A stretch of DNA of 63,663 nt, filler included, from Intoshia linei (taxonomy: Eukaryota; Animalia; Orthonectida): assembly GCA_001642005.1 (NCBI GenBank). It is 7 parts of 7 records of this genome, joined end to end, with 100 filler letters (N's around TTAATTAATTAA, not from the genome) between each part and the next. Parts side by side here need not be neighbours in the genome. Positions count along the whole stretch, not along the records: positions 22,402 to 43,944 come from LWCA01000641.1; positions 44,045 to 46,443 come from LWCA01002326.1; positions 46,544 to 54,405 come from LWCA01001521.1; 4 more parts are not named here. The stretch is one strand, 5' to 3'. The notes beneath the pieces are model-generated. The model saw only the letters and a list, made by a program, of their open reading frames with translations. It did no database searches and was not told the origin of the DNA. Both the position numbers and the translations under genes were made by a program. Below, piece after piece: positions 41,401 to 54,119 of the stretch. Each line of letters starts with the position of its first letter. Position 1 is the first letter of the stretch.

Positions 41401-43434
41401 TAATACATGTATTAATCATTTTTCATTTAGATGAATCTAATTTGAAAAAACAACTATTTGAAAAATTGAAAAAACAAAAAGAAACTGAATTGGAGAAATT
41501 GGCCAAGAGTCATTTACTCGAAAAGAAGGAATTAAGCAACGAATTGGAAAATGGATCTGTAGACATATCAAAATTAAATAACATGTACACAGCTCATAGA
41601 ATTGAAAAATTAGAACTAGAAAATAATATTGATGAAAAAGAAAAACAATCCTATTTAAATCTACAAAGTGACATATACGACAATGACCAAGTAGAACTTG
41701 ATAAATTAGACCAAGAATGTTACCAAATGTTTCTATCGGTAAAGTCAGATATAGATATTGAAGATTTGATTGAAAATAATAAAAAACATATGGAAGAATA
41801 TAAAGGTATAATTCTTGAGTAACGAAAACGAGACTGTATTTTTCATAGTCGTTTAATATTTTATTTATTTTTCTAGAAAAACAGAAAATAAAAAAAAAAA
41901 AATTGATTCATCAATATGAAAAAGAAGCTGAGGAAAATAAAAATGTTAATAAATTAAACTGGCATCATTATAAATATATCTAGAAATACAAAAAGCAAGT
42001 TTATAATGTACAAAAAGAACATGAACAAATGGTACAGTGCCAAAAAGAATCGTTAGAAAAAGTGATATCATCACAACAATTAGATGGAGAGTATATTTTA
42101 TAATTATAATTTTAAACCTTCAAAAAATTAAGAGGCATTGAGTTTTAAAAAGGGAAATTGTTAAGTATATAATTCACAGTGATTCCTAAAGTTTCCTAAA
42201 AATTAGTTAATTTTATTGATTTTAATTAATTTAGTTCAAAGGATGTGATTATGAAAAATCACGAAGAAAACATGAATTCAATGAATTCAAAGTTAAGCGT
42301 AGAAAGAAAAAGACAACAAAAAATGTAACTAAATTTTTTAATCAAAAATTTGAGAGTACTCTTATGTAGTACAGTCTGTTATAAAATTTAAAAACGTTTA
42401 GGCTTGAAGCTAGAATGTTAAAACAGCAAGGTAAAATTGCAGACTTAAAAGAAAAGCAGGAAACAATTGAATTTGAAAACAAACGAGTTAAACAAAAAGA
42501 ATTTGACGAATTAAAAGAAAATATTGTAAGAAAATTTTCAATTCTTAATTTTTACAGAATCTTATTTTTTATCAAAAAATAAAGTAATAAACATATTGGT
42601 TACGAGTACATCTAAAAATATCTGAAATATGATTTATTTTAGGTATATTTCAGGGTCCTCACATTGTTTGATGAATGGCACATTTTACAATTTTAATAGT
42701 TTGTGACAACCAAATTTATCCTTTACTTGCATAAAATTGAATGTCTATGTGTGTGTTATCGTTTAATTAAAAAATTAAGCGTCCTAAAATTACAAAAACC
42801 CAATTTCTATTGCATTATTTCGATAGTGGTGTATTATCGCAAATTTTATTCTTAAAAATTGAGGCCTTCAGCGTCAAAAACCTAAATTACCCTTTTTTAA
42901 ATAAGAAAAGTCATATAATTTTATTCATAATTCATAAATATTGCATTTTTTGATTAATGTTTAATTTTCTTAAATTCATAGTTTACATATTTTAAATTTG
43001 CAAGTAACAATAAATCTTATTTCCTAAAAACTTAAATTTTATTGTGGGCTCGTGATGAGAACCCTGATAGTCATTAATGTAATATTCGACCATTCGTTTA
43101 ATGCAATTCTTTTTATTTTTTAAGCATTTTTTAGTGAATTTATGATATTAATGGTAACCCCTGTAACATTTTTAATGTTAACAACAATTTTTATAACAAA
43201 AAACTTTTTTAAAAATTTATGATTCTGTTAAATAAAGCTAATAATGTATGTCTAATAGAATGAAATATCTTTTAAAAATTAAAATAGGAAAAGGAAATTG
43301 CATTAGCTGAAAAAAATGCAGCTACATTTAAAAATAATCGCCTAATTGAAATGAAAGAACTGCACATTGAAAGAACTCAACAATTGTTAGCAGATAATGA
43401 TCAAAAAATTTCGAATGTCATTGGTGGATTACAG
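38448..43434 (+). CDS. Single-pass membrane coiled-coil protein, EVC/EVC2 (limbin)-like; 3' end truncated
   Basis: TM exon(s), then exons 39428-39502, 39549-39773, 40400-40519 and many E/K-rich exons to 43434. LMDAFLCDNIASADAALLDNDLEAMDDLEADLSEE..QILRIILSDRELSEEETNEM parallels the EVC2 juxtamembrane region as recalled (VIDILSSEDPGSMLQALEELEIATLNRADADLE..GHLSPQVERKM). Confidence 0.55.
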
Positions 43435-44044
43435 GTATTTTCATTATATACAATTAATAGTATTTTTATAACTAAATCAGCGGTTTCCAACATACATTAA
43501 TCTTAACTTATTATATATCCTTACTTATATAATATGCTACGCAATATTTGTTTGTGTGTGTTACCGTTTATTTCAATAACTACCAGTCTTAGAATTTTAT
43601 AAAGTTCACATTTAAATTACAGTTTTTTCCGGGCAGGGCCGTGGAGAGCCAGCAGTAGGTCCGGGCCACATGAAAATTGTAGGCCCCTATAAATTTTTTT
43701 AAGAAAATAGAACATCTATACATGGTTTAAAAGATAGTTCGTTATCTAAAAATTAAAAATAACCGTTGGAAATCGCATTGGTGATCATTAAGAATAAAAA
43801 CAGTACATATGTAAAATGTTAATATACACTACGTAATTATTTATTATACAATACCGGGTTGACTGTTACGTACTACGCACAAACAGGACCAACTCTGCCG
43901 AGGGCACATTTTTATTATACTTAAAAAATAAATTCACGTTGAAANNNNNNNNNNNNNNNNNNNNNNNNNNNNNNNNNNNNNNNNNNNNTTAATTAATTAA
44001 NNNNNNNNNNNNNNNNNNNNNNNNNNNNNNNNNNNNNNNNNNNN

Positions 44045-44564
44045 TTGTTCCCATACATTTAATATTTGTTTGGTTAGCCGCTTTGATGATTTGGGAATAT
44101 GGTTTTAATTTTGATTTAATTGTATTATAAGTTTTTAGATTTAGACAGTTTATAGTTGATCCTGTATCAATTGAAAAGTGTATATTATTTAATGTGGTAA
44201 ATATACTTGATTGTAAATTTTTTGTATTGACATGGTCGATCTGGTGGTATGGACTTGAGAGATGGGTGGTTTTAAAAAAATTATTTAATTGAGATGTTTT
44301 GGAAAAAGTAACTTGAACTATAGCAGTGTCAATAATACAATCGTTTTTAGTAAAATATCTGAATGAATTTTGTGCATCTTCGTAATTGTAATATTTAATA
44401 AAAGCATACGATTTTCCTGATGGTATTCTAATCGATTGTATAGGACCAAAAATGCCAAATTCATTAATTAGATGTTGATATCCTATTACTTCTGTATCTT
44501 CATCGGAATTCATTCCTGAAATGTATATGCAGTTGTTTTCGTTTTTATTTATTAGTTTATCCAT
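44045..44564 (-). CDS. RRM-retropepsin (aspartic protease) fusion ORF, 3' truncated by spacer
   Basis: RNP2 IYISGM, core EFGIFGPIQSIRI, RNP1 KSYAFIKY; then FSIDTGSTINCL and flap IKAANQTNIKCMG of Ty3/gypsy-type proteases. No introns. Confidence 0.8.
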
Positions 44565-44808
44565 TTTTTTTTGTAAATTAAAATAGTAGTGTAGAACGAG
44601 TTTATACGTGAAAGTTGTATTTTAATTTAAGTGATTTAACACGATAATGAATGTAAATAAACTTAATGTTGTCGTTACATTACAGTCAATAAAGTTAATA
44701 AAGTCATTTTTTGAAATTGAAAATTGAACACTTCTATTTCATTCTAAAAAGTTTCACTTTTACAGGAAAAATTTTGATCATCACGAAATGATGTAACATT
44801 CATTTAGC

Positions 44809-45400
44809 ATGCCAAAAACTACAAAATCTCCTCATTTCAAAATCAACACCATAATGAATGCATCCTAATGAATTCAAGAGAACTCATAATTCACTTAGTT
44901 TTATAAATTGCAATTTCACTGTTTCCTTTGAAAAAATGCACTTTATTAAAGTTCACAGAAACACAAAAAAACACAGATTGCCAAACGATAGACCTCTACC
45001 TAAATTTTTAAAAATGTCTCATGATTTTACTGACCAAATTTTGGAAGCATTTATATCTGCAGATATTCCATTCTATAAACTGAATAACTTTAAAATTAAG
45101 CCCGTATTTAATGATTTAATAATAAATCGAGCTAAAGCCGCTGTCAACCAACTTGGATTAGAAAATGCTTTGATTCAAATATGTACATATTTATCTCTGT
45201 TAGATGTAATAGAAATGGCTCAAGANNNNNNNNNNNTTAGCATAGAAAAGGCCTACAATGTATTATGTAATTTGTCCTTTGATTCGGATCCCTGCAGCAT
45301 AAAGGATTATATTAATAAACGTCTAACGAAAAACGACATATATGCCATTATGAATAATTTAGATTCAAACAAATCCCCAATATTATATCATTCACAACGG
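44809..45400 (+). pseudogene. hAT-related (CGGBP1/DUF659-like) transposase remnant; a matching C-terminal piece lies at ~54506-54838
   Basis: HPNEF...CNFTVS..K.HF...H..TKKH zinc finger and AFISADIPFYKLNN. The 54560 region reads PPTSNGVERSFSMLK. Confidence 0.6.
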
Positions 45401-46543
45401 GGACCCTTTAGGGTCCACAGCACTTTTTTTGGGGTCCATAAAATTATACACATGTATTACATATTATATATTTAATTGATTTATTTGATATGACTTTCTA
45501 CAAAATTATCGGGAACTATGGAAATTTGCACTTTATTTTATTGCCTTCCCATCAACGTATTTAATGGAATGTGGATTCAGTTACGTAGTTTTATTATCAA
45601 AAAGAAGGAATAGGTGAGATATAGTCAAAAGAGGAGATCTAAGGCTAGCTTTATCAAATTTAGAACCTGATATAGAACTACTTGTAAAAAAGTCAATGCC
45701 CAGAATCTCATTAATTAAATATAATATAATGTTAGTGTTACAATTTAAAAATTTGTTTAATATTAATGGTTCATCAACTTTATCATTTCGAAAAACTAGA
45801 GTACTACATTTCATTTGGCCATCATTTGTTTCACCCAAATGTAATGATTCATTAAAAATTGTAATTATTATTAATTTTTTTGGGGGTCATAAATTCACGA
45901 TGAAAATCTAACAATTGTTAAGTCTTTACGCAAATGTTAACAAAAAAATTAAGATAAAATAATTCACTTTAAAGTAAAAAGTAATGTGATATGTTAATGC
46001 CACCTGAAACAAATTTGGGAACTACTCCTTTAAAGAATTAATAATAGTGAATAGTAGGATTTTTAAGTAATCTAATTTGATTAGATTTTCAACATGAATT
46101 TATTTTTTTTGTGTAAAAAGTGTATAAGTAATAAGCTAGGTGCTGTTTGTACGAGTATATACCTAGTCAACCTAGTATTATATATACATTATATATACAA
46201 TTGAATATCTGTGTTACCGTTTATCTGAAAAATTAACTGTTGTACAATTTAAAAAAACCCAATTTCTAATACAGTTTTTCGCTAGTGATGTTCATATCTA
46301 AGTTGAATTTTCCGATATTGATTCCCTTATGGTGAAAAACACAATTTTCAATTTTTTTTTTAAAATAAAATCATATACAATATGAATTTAAATTTATTAA
46401 TTATAATAATTAAATAATATATATATATTTTTATAATATTTATNNNNNNNNNNNNNNNNNNNNNNNNNNNNNNNNNNNNNNNNNNNNTTAATTAATTAAN
46501 NNNNNNNNNNNNNNNNNNNNNNNNNNNNNNNNNNNNNNNNNNN

Positions 46544-47812
46544 AGCTCAATTACTTGTACCCGATAAGATCGAATTGTTTAAAAATATTAGTTTATCTTG
46601 AAGAACAATATCAGATCGAATGAAATGGGATTAGATATTGAAACTTCATTAAAAGCGTTAGTTAATAGTTTTATTTATTATTCTTTAGCAATAAATGAAA
46701 CAGTAGACATATCTAGCACAGCCCAGTTGGCTGTTTTCATAAGAGGCATTGATTCTAGTTTCCATGTTAATTAATGTTAATTTAAACATAGACAATTTAA
46801 AACATTATTACTTGACCTTAAAGCAGATCATGGCAGTTTGATATATAATTGTGAAATACGGTGGCTTTCCAAAGGTTATATGTTAAAAAGATTTTTCCAA
46901 CTCAGAAACGAATTGAAAGTATATCTCAATGACAAAAAATATCCTATTCCAAAATTAGAGGATGAAGAGTGGTTGTGTGATTCAGCTTTTCTAGTTGATA
47001 TCACGCAGCATTTAAATACACTTAATTTAATTTTGCAAGGTTCAAACATTTTGATAACTTCACTCCTTACACACGTTAAGACATTTAAAATATATACATA
47101 TGTTAAAATTATTTATTGATCAGTTACATCAAGATGATACTACCCATTTTCCAACATTAAGAGAACAAAAGTCCACAAATGTAGAAAAATATTGCAAACT
47201 TTGTTCAAACCTTTATAGTGAATTTAAAAAACGAAAAAATCAGAATTCAAGATTTTTGAAACACCTTTTAATGTTTCCCCAGAAAACGCACCTGGACCAT
47301 TACAAATTAATTTGTTTGCAGGCAGATAATAATTTAAAAGCACAATTTAACAATGTTTCCATTCTTAATTTTTATAATATATATTTAACTAAAGAAAAAT
47401 TTTTATGTCTTAGAAATCATGCATTAAAAATTGCATCTTTATTTGGCACAACATACAGATGTGAGCAATTGTTTTCAAAATTCAATCTTGCAAAAAATAA
47501 AATAAATCACGTATTTCTGATGAAAATTTAGAATATCAGTTACGTGTTTATTCTTCACATATACCTATAAATATTGCATTATATTCCTTAAAGAAACAAA
47601 ACTATCCTTCTCATTAAATGAATATACATTATTATAAATTTAAATTATTTGTCCTATCCATAATATGCATTACATATTATTACTATGTTGAATATCCTAG
47701 CAACCAAATTAATTAAGTTTTTTATTTTTTTAATTATATTTAATTTTTTTAGCCCGCGTCTTCATTTTTTCAAAAATATTTGCTCTTTGCTTCAAAAGTT
47801 TCTCCACTCCTG
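46544..47812 (+). mobile_element. 3' part of a GTF2IRD2/SPIN-like hAT element, decayed
   Basis: YSLAINETVDISSTAQLAVFIRG, CEIRWLSKG, AFLVDITQHLNTLNLILQG, SLFGTTYRCEQLFS; ends in TIR-like TTTCTCCACTCCTG. Confidence 0.85.
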
Positions 47813-48228
47813 CCCTAATGGCCACACCACTTAATCATTAAGATCATTAACATACATGTAACCATTAAATAGAGATGAAACTTTTCGAAATGTATTTTGA
47901 AAAAGAATTCGTGCTTGATATTTTTTAATTCTTATATATTATACAGAGACGAATCTACCAAATACGAGGCTACCGAAAATAAAATATAAGCCCTAAGAAA
48001 TTTTTCGAAAACTATGCGTAATGTATATAGTGTAAATAAAATGTAAAATATGTAAGCCCTCTCCACCTCTCTAAGTGTCTTAAAATTTAACACTATTTTT
48101 TATATATTGTATTCAAGAATATAATTTTTTAATTAATGCTCAATTTGGAAAAATTAGGTCCAATATTGTAGTGATATATCGCTATCATACTAATCGAAAT
48201 TCGAATACTTATGATATAACTCTTTTGT

Positions 48229-48305
48229 GATGTCTAACTGGCAAAGTGGTTATAGTCATATAATTGTATTTTGCGTGGCTAGGTTCGAATCGAGTTTTGG
48301 ACATC
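48229..48305 (+). repeat. Degenerate tRNA-like Pol III element
   Basis: A-box TGGCAAAGTGG, B-box GGTTCGAATC, terminal stem GATGTCT/GGACATC, then T5. No clean anticodon arm. A diverged inverted copy lies at ~12440-12585. Confidence 0.4.
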
Positions 48306-48580
48306 TTTTTATTTAAGATGAACTTATCAGAGTTCTTATCTGCCAATCGTTACAATTATATAAAAATTTCGTTGAAGTCGCCCTGAATAAGCATCTCTGG
48401 TATGGCAGGTTCGATACTGCTCATAAAAATCCATTTATTCTGTATTTTGTTTGTATATTTATTTCAAATTTTCTATAAAGCTGAATTTTATCAACATATG
48501 TACAATTTTTTTTTCTAGTTTGGTTTGCTTAATTATAATTGTATCTGATTAATTTATGAATTCATTTACATTAAATAATT

Positions 48581-48698
48581 AATACGGCCATACCAAGATG
48601 GAAACACCTGTTCTCGTCCGATCACAGAAGTTAAGCATCTTCGGGCTTGGTTAGTACTTGGATGGGTGACCGCCTGGGAAGACCAAGTGTCGTATTTT
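48581..48698 (+). rRNA. 5S rRNA
   Basis: TACGGCCATACC...CTCGTCCGATC..GAAGTTAAGC...GGTTAGTACTTGGATGGGTGACCGCCTGGGAA; helix I AATACGGC/GTCGTATT; followed by an oligo-T terminator. Confidence 0.95.
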
Positions 48699-50460
48699 TT
48701 TATTTTCGATATTATCTCAAGAGTAATTGTACATCATGATTATTCGCAACTATTCGTCTATCGACCATAAAATATTGTATATGTCATACAAACCTTACAA
48801 ATTTTAAATTTTTAAAAATACATTAATCTAATTACAATTAATAATTTTATAAACTCTTAAAATTGATACCAATACAAAATTCTCTGATTAAAAATTATAT
48901 TTTGAGTACTGACAAAATATTTTATTTTACTACCCTTCCAATTGAAATACTGACAATAAAGTATTTATACTGACACCTAAAATACTCACAATTTATTATA
49001 TCAACTGACAGTTTAATATTTTTAATGACAAACTATTTAAAATACGGATACTTTACAGATTAAAATACTGACGCTATAAATACAAGCCTAATAAAATAGT
49101 TTCAAAATAAAAAAAAACTGAATACTAAATTGCTTTTTTGACCATGAAGGCGTCACTTTGACAGATTGAAATTTTTTCTGTGTGTTAACAGGATGCTACT
49201 GTACCTGATACTGATAAAACATCATTCTTGGACAAAATATATATTTTTGGAATTTTTAAAATTTCGACTTCTCTTACTTTTTTAAATAAACTGGAACAGA
49301 CAGACATACAAATAAATAATTCGACATACATATTTTAGTAGAGATTTACGTAATGTGTGTATAACGTATTAGAAATCACTCGATATCTAAATTTAATTTT
49401 CCAATTCAGGCGTATAAATGGTTATTTTTATAAAATTATTGTTTGCGCCTGACAATTTATATATAAATTTATTAATTAAATGATTAATTTAATCTAATTT
49501 AAATGAATTTAAAAAAACACCAATTGTAAAGTAAAATTTAACTTTTTTTTTACATTTACATAATATAAATTTTACAATTAAAATTTAAAAAATATTTTTG
49601 AAAAGTTTATTTTAACTAACAACGTTCCGTATTAAAGTTCTAAAACACGATTCTAAACCCACTCCGGGACAATCAGAAGCACGAACAAAAAAGTTGGGGT
49701 ATACCGAATCATACTTTGGAGTCAAAATTTTGGACTGTGTAGTAGAATTTTACTGCGAGTACAATCGATTTTTAGAAACTTTAATCTGGTACAAAATATT
49801 AATTAATAATTATTGATACACGCATAAACTAAAATAAAATAATAGCAATATATAATTACATTAAATATACTAAAATTGTAAACTTTTGGCACTTTTAATA
49901 GAAAAAGTTTGAAAAAATTTCAAATAGGTCTAGGTTAATTAAGTACAAGTACATTAAGTATAATACACTATTTAGGACTGAAATTAAAGAGATAGTTTTA
50001 TCTTGTTGATAAAGCGTATACAAAGATTTGGGAAACAACATATTTTAATATACATAGTGTATATTTGCTTTTTAATTAGACCTGATATTTATAATATCAA
50101 AAAGTATTGATCTAAATAAAAAAACTTTGACTGAGAATTTGAGCTTGGGAATAAGCAATGTAACAAAACATTTACATAACAAATGCAAATTAATTAAGCC
50201 ATCAATATAATATTGAAAATAATCATGTATAAATCTCGTTGAATCCAGACTTGAAGAAAGACTCATGATAAAATGAACTAAATAGAGTATACATTTAGGT
50301 AATTTCGTTTGATTTTTTGTTTACTGTTTCATAATGAATTCTTTCACTAGTATAAAGTTACACAGTCAAAACAAAAATATAATACATTAACTTAAATTGC
50401 GCTGCAATATTTATACAACTTTTTAATTGCTCGTCTGTTCTTTTTAAATTTATTCAATAA

Positions 50461-53400
50461 ATGAATAATGTAAAAAATTCAACAAAGATATGCCAAAAAA
50501 TAATATCTACTAAACCTACGATTAAAGCACCCGTAATGTCACGTATGCAACATCACACCAAAAGAATAGACGATTTTTATGTCAGACAAGTTACATATAA
50601 TAACAAGGACGTCATTGTTGGAATAGGGAATTACAAATATAAACTCTTGTCTAAAATTGGCAGTGGATCATTCGGAGATGTGAATTTAAATTTAGTTTTT
50701 TTAATTGTACGTTTTTAGGTTTATCTAGGAGAAAACAAAATTACTCATGAACAGGTAGCTGTAAAATTAGAACATAAAAAGAATAGATTTCCGCAATTAT
50801 TATTTGAAAGTAAAATTTATCGTTTACTCTATAATTCGAATAATTCAAATTTTAATGGCATTCCAAGGATTCATTGGTACGGAACACATGAAGCTGGGTA
50901 TAATGTTCTTGTTTTGGCATTATTGGGACCCAATCTTGAAGATTTGTTCAATTATTGTTCTCGAACGTTTACGCTAAAGACTGTTCTCATGTTGGCTGAT
51001 CAAATGATTGTTAGGCTACAATATGTACATTCTAGAAATTTGATACATCGTGATGTTAAACCAGACAATTTTCTCATGGGGTTGGGCGATAATTGTAGTT
51101 TACTATATCTTATCGATTTTGGTTTGGCTAAAAAATATCGGTATTATATTTACTACATAATTCAGAATTTAACAACCTACTTTTATAACACTCGGATTCA
51201 TTTTTTATTTTAATAAAAAAATATAATAAAAAAGTTCCTTTTGTTTTGATCATTATGTGTAAAATATTTTTCGATACGATTAGTAAATTTTTTTTTGTTT
51301 CTGTGAACGCGAAATTAAAAATATTGCCAATTCTGATATACGCGATGTAGGTCATCAGAATTAATTTTACAAATTAATCGGTAAAATGGATATTTCAATT
51401 GAAAGTTATATTTTAAATCGCGTTTCGCTAAGGGTCAACCGGACTGCGTGCGGTCACAGACAATAATGATGATTCTCGGAAATTTTAATATTACTTTTGT
51501 ATATTATTGTATGTTCAAGATACACAATCAAATTAAAAAGTAGAATCATTCACAGAGAGGTGGCACCAATCAAATGTATATTTATAATCATTTAAAATTT
51601 TAATATATTCTTTATTCTTATACTTATTGTAAAATTACAAGAGTTGAGAGTCTTGAATGTATATCAAATTTTAATTTTTCAGTAAGGTGTAAAGTGAACT
51701 AAATTAATTTTTATTTTGTGATAAAATCCATACAAATACAAAAAAAATAAATATTTATAAAAAAATTAATGACTTTTGTATTGAAAAAAATTTAAATTGG
51801 AACTATATATGCGCTGTTTGTACTGATGGTATACCAGTTATGCTTGGGTCAAAATCTGGGTTTCAGGTAAAACTAAAAAAAAATTCCTGGTGTTAATGGG
51901 GTTTCTCATTAATTTAAATTAATTTTATATTTTTAATCATTAGAAATAATTTATTTCAATCTCGTTTAAAAAATTTTTTAGAATACATAAATTAATCAAT
52001 GAAATTAAGTAAAGTTAATATTTTAGATATGAAAAATTGAAAAAATAAAAGGAGGGGCTCGAAAATTTTTATTGTTCATAAGGGTTCGCGAGGTATAAAG
52101 GTTTTGATTAGATTCTAATCAAAACAAATAAAAATATGATTTTGATAAAACCTTATAGAATTTTCGATAAAATTTAAAAATTCAAAAAGATAGATGGCGC
52201 ATATTGTATTGTATACAAGTCCATAATATTCTGCATCTTTAAATAATAAAACTTTTTTTTAAAATAATGTTTTTTGGTAAATTTTTTTCAAGTCACAAGC
52301 GTACTATAGCAAAATATAAAATAAAACTTTACATATACACTGCGTTTTAAGTTATTATGCAAACATTAAAAACATTAATAATTTAAATTAATTTTTTATC
52401 ATAATTAAATCATTCACCATATACAACTTTTTTGTAACAAAAAAATTTATCACGTTTCCAAAACAGCATTCTATTTAACATTTTATATTTTTGGGTAATT
52501 TTTAGTGTGCAAATTATTATGCTATTCAAAATTTAGGATAATTATGGGTAAATAAACATCACGTACTGTTGACGAAAAGGATCAAATCCTAAAAAAAAGT
52601 TAGATAACGGATTATCGATAAATGAAATAGCTTCAAATTTAGAACGCGATCATCGCACAATCCGTCGATATATAGAAAACCCTTCCAACAAGAGAAAAAG
52701 AAAGGCAAAGGGATCATTCAAAGGAGTATTTGTTAAAGATATATCCATATTAAACGAGAAATGGTTCGAAGCCTCTTAGCACTTTTCTAGAGATATTTAA
52801 ATCATCAGGATTAACTGATATACCCAAAACTAAGAGATGCAGAATATTAAAAACAGTTGGTAAAGTCAGGCATGCTAAAGGTAAACCAGGTTTAACCCAA
52901 CGACACCTGGAATTTCGACTATCCTGGGCTAAAAATTACATGAAGATAAATTTTTCAAATGTAATTTTTACCAATGAAACCAGAATATCTTTAGATGGGC
53001 CAGATTCGTGAAGTAAGGGTTGATTAGTGAATAACAGATCACCACCAAATCGTTTAAGGCGGCATCAAGGAGTGGGAGTATAATGATTTGGGCAGGCATT
53101 GTGACTTACACTATTATTGGACCTTTTAAGTTACATGATGGAGTCAAAATTAATTCTGAAATATACTGCGTGTTTTTAAAAAATAACATTTTTTCGTGGA
53201 TAAAAAAAAAGAGAAAAAAGTTTTCTTAAAAATTTCATTTTTATGCATGATAATAACCCAAGTCACGCATCCCGTCATACAAAAGAATATTTTTCATTAA
53301 ATGGCTATGGATCAGAAAAAATAATGTGTTGGCCGCCAAATTCTCCCGATCTTAATTGTATTGAAAATCTATGGTCCATAATTAAAAAAAAGATATACAG

Positions 53401-54119
53401 TGGGAATAAACATTACCAATCAAAAACGATCTATGGCATTCACTTTTGAAAGAAATCAGAACACTCAATGCAAAAACAATTGAAAACCTCACGAAATCTA
53501 TGGATAAACGATTTTTTCTTATAATATATCGGAAAGGGGTATATTAATATGTAAAGTTTAATTACATTTTTTTTGCTTGAATTTGGTTTTAATTTATTAT
53601 TATTGTTTAATATTCATTTGCATAATAATTTGGCACACCAAAAATCACAAAATTTTCTTAAATCTTCGTGTATTCTTTTTTTTGGAATACATTACGTTTT
53701 TCTTGGGACGTTAAAGTATTATTAGTTGAATATATAAATATGATAAAAAAATTAATAGAATCAAGTGACTACTTTTTAAATTATTAATGTTTTTAATGTT
53801 TGCATAATAACTTGAAACGCAGTGTATAATGTTAATTTAGAGATTTTAAAACGCAAGAGCATATACCCTACAGAGAAGGCAGAAGTTTAACTGGTACAGC
53901 TCGTTATGCCAGTATTAATGCTCATATGGGGATAGAACAAAGTCGACGAGATGATTTGGAATCTCTTGGCTACATTTTAATTTATTTATTGAAAGGCTCT
54001 CTACCTTGGCAAGGATTGCGTGCAGCTAATAAGAAACAAAAGTATGAAAAAATTCACGAAAAAAAAACTACCACTACAACAGAATCTCTTACTAAAGGAT
54101 GTCCTTACGAATTTACATT
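50461..54119 (+). CDS. Casein kinase I (alpha/delta type), 3' truncated; exons 50461-50679, 50719-51140, 53841-54119
   Basis: [93 protein letters not shown]. Confidence 0.95.
51790..52105 (+). pseudogene. hAT (Buster-type) remnant in the CK1 intron
   Basis: [16 protein letters not shown] corresponds to the hAT CTDGAPAMLG motif. Confidence 0.6.
52338..53824 (+). mobile_element. Tc1-family DD37E (TRT-like) element, full length but frameshifted, in the CK1 intron
   Basis: TA|CACTGCGTTT...AAACGCAGTG|TA with ~50-bp outer TIR; [14 protein letters not shown]; HDN-to-IENLW spacing of 37 residues. Confidence 0.9.

Noticed and set aside
45581-45911. ORFs with an ILGIDF protease-like tail
   Set aside because: No DTG/DSG active site and broken frames; at most a decayed retroelement fragment.
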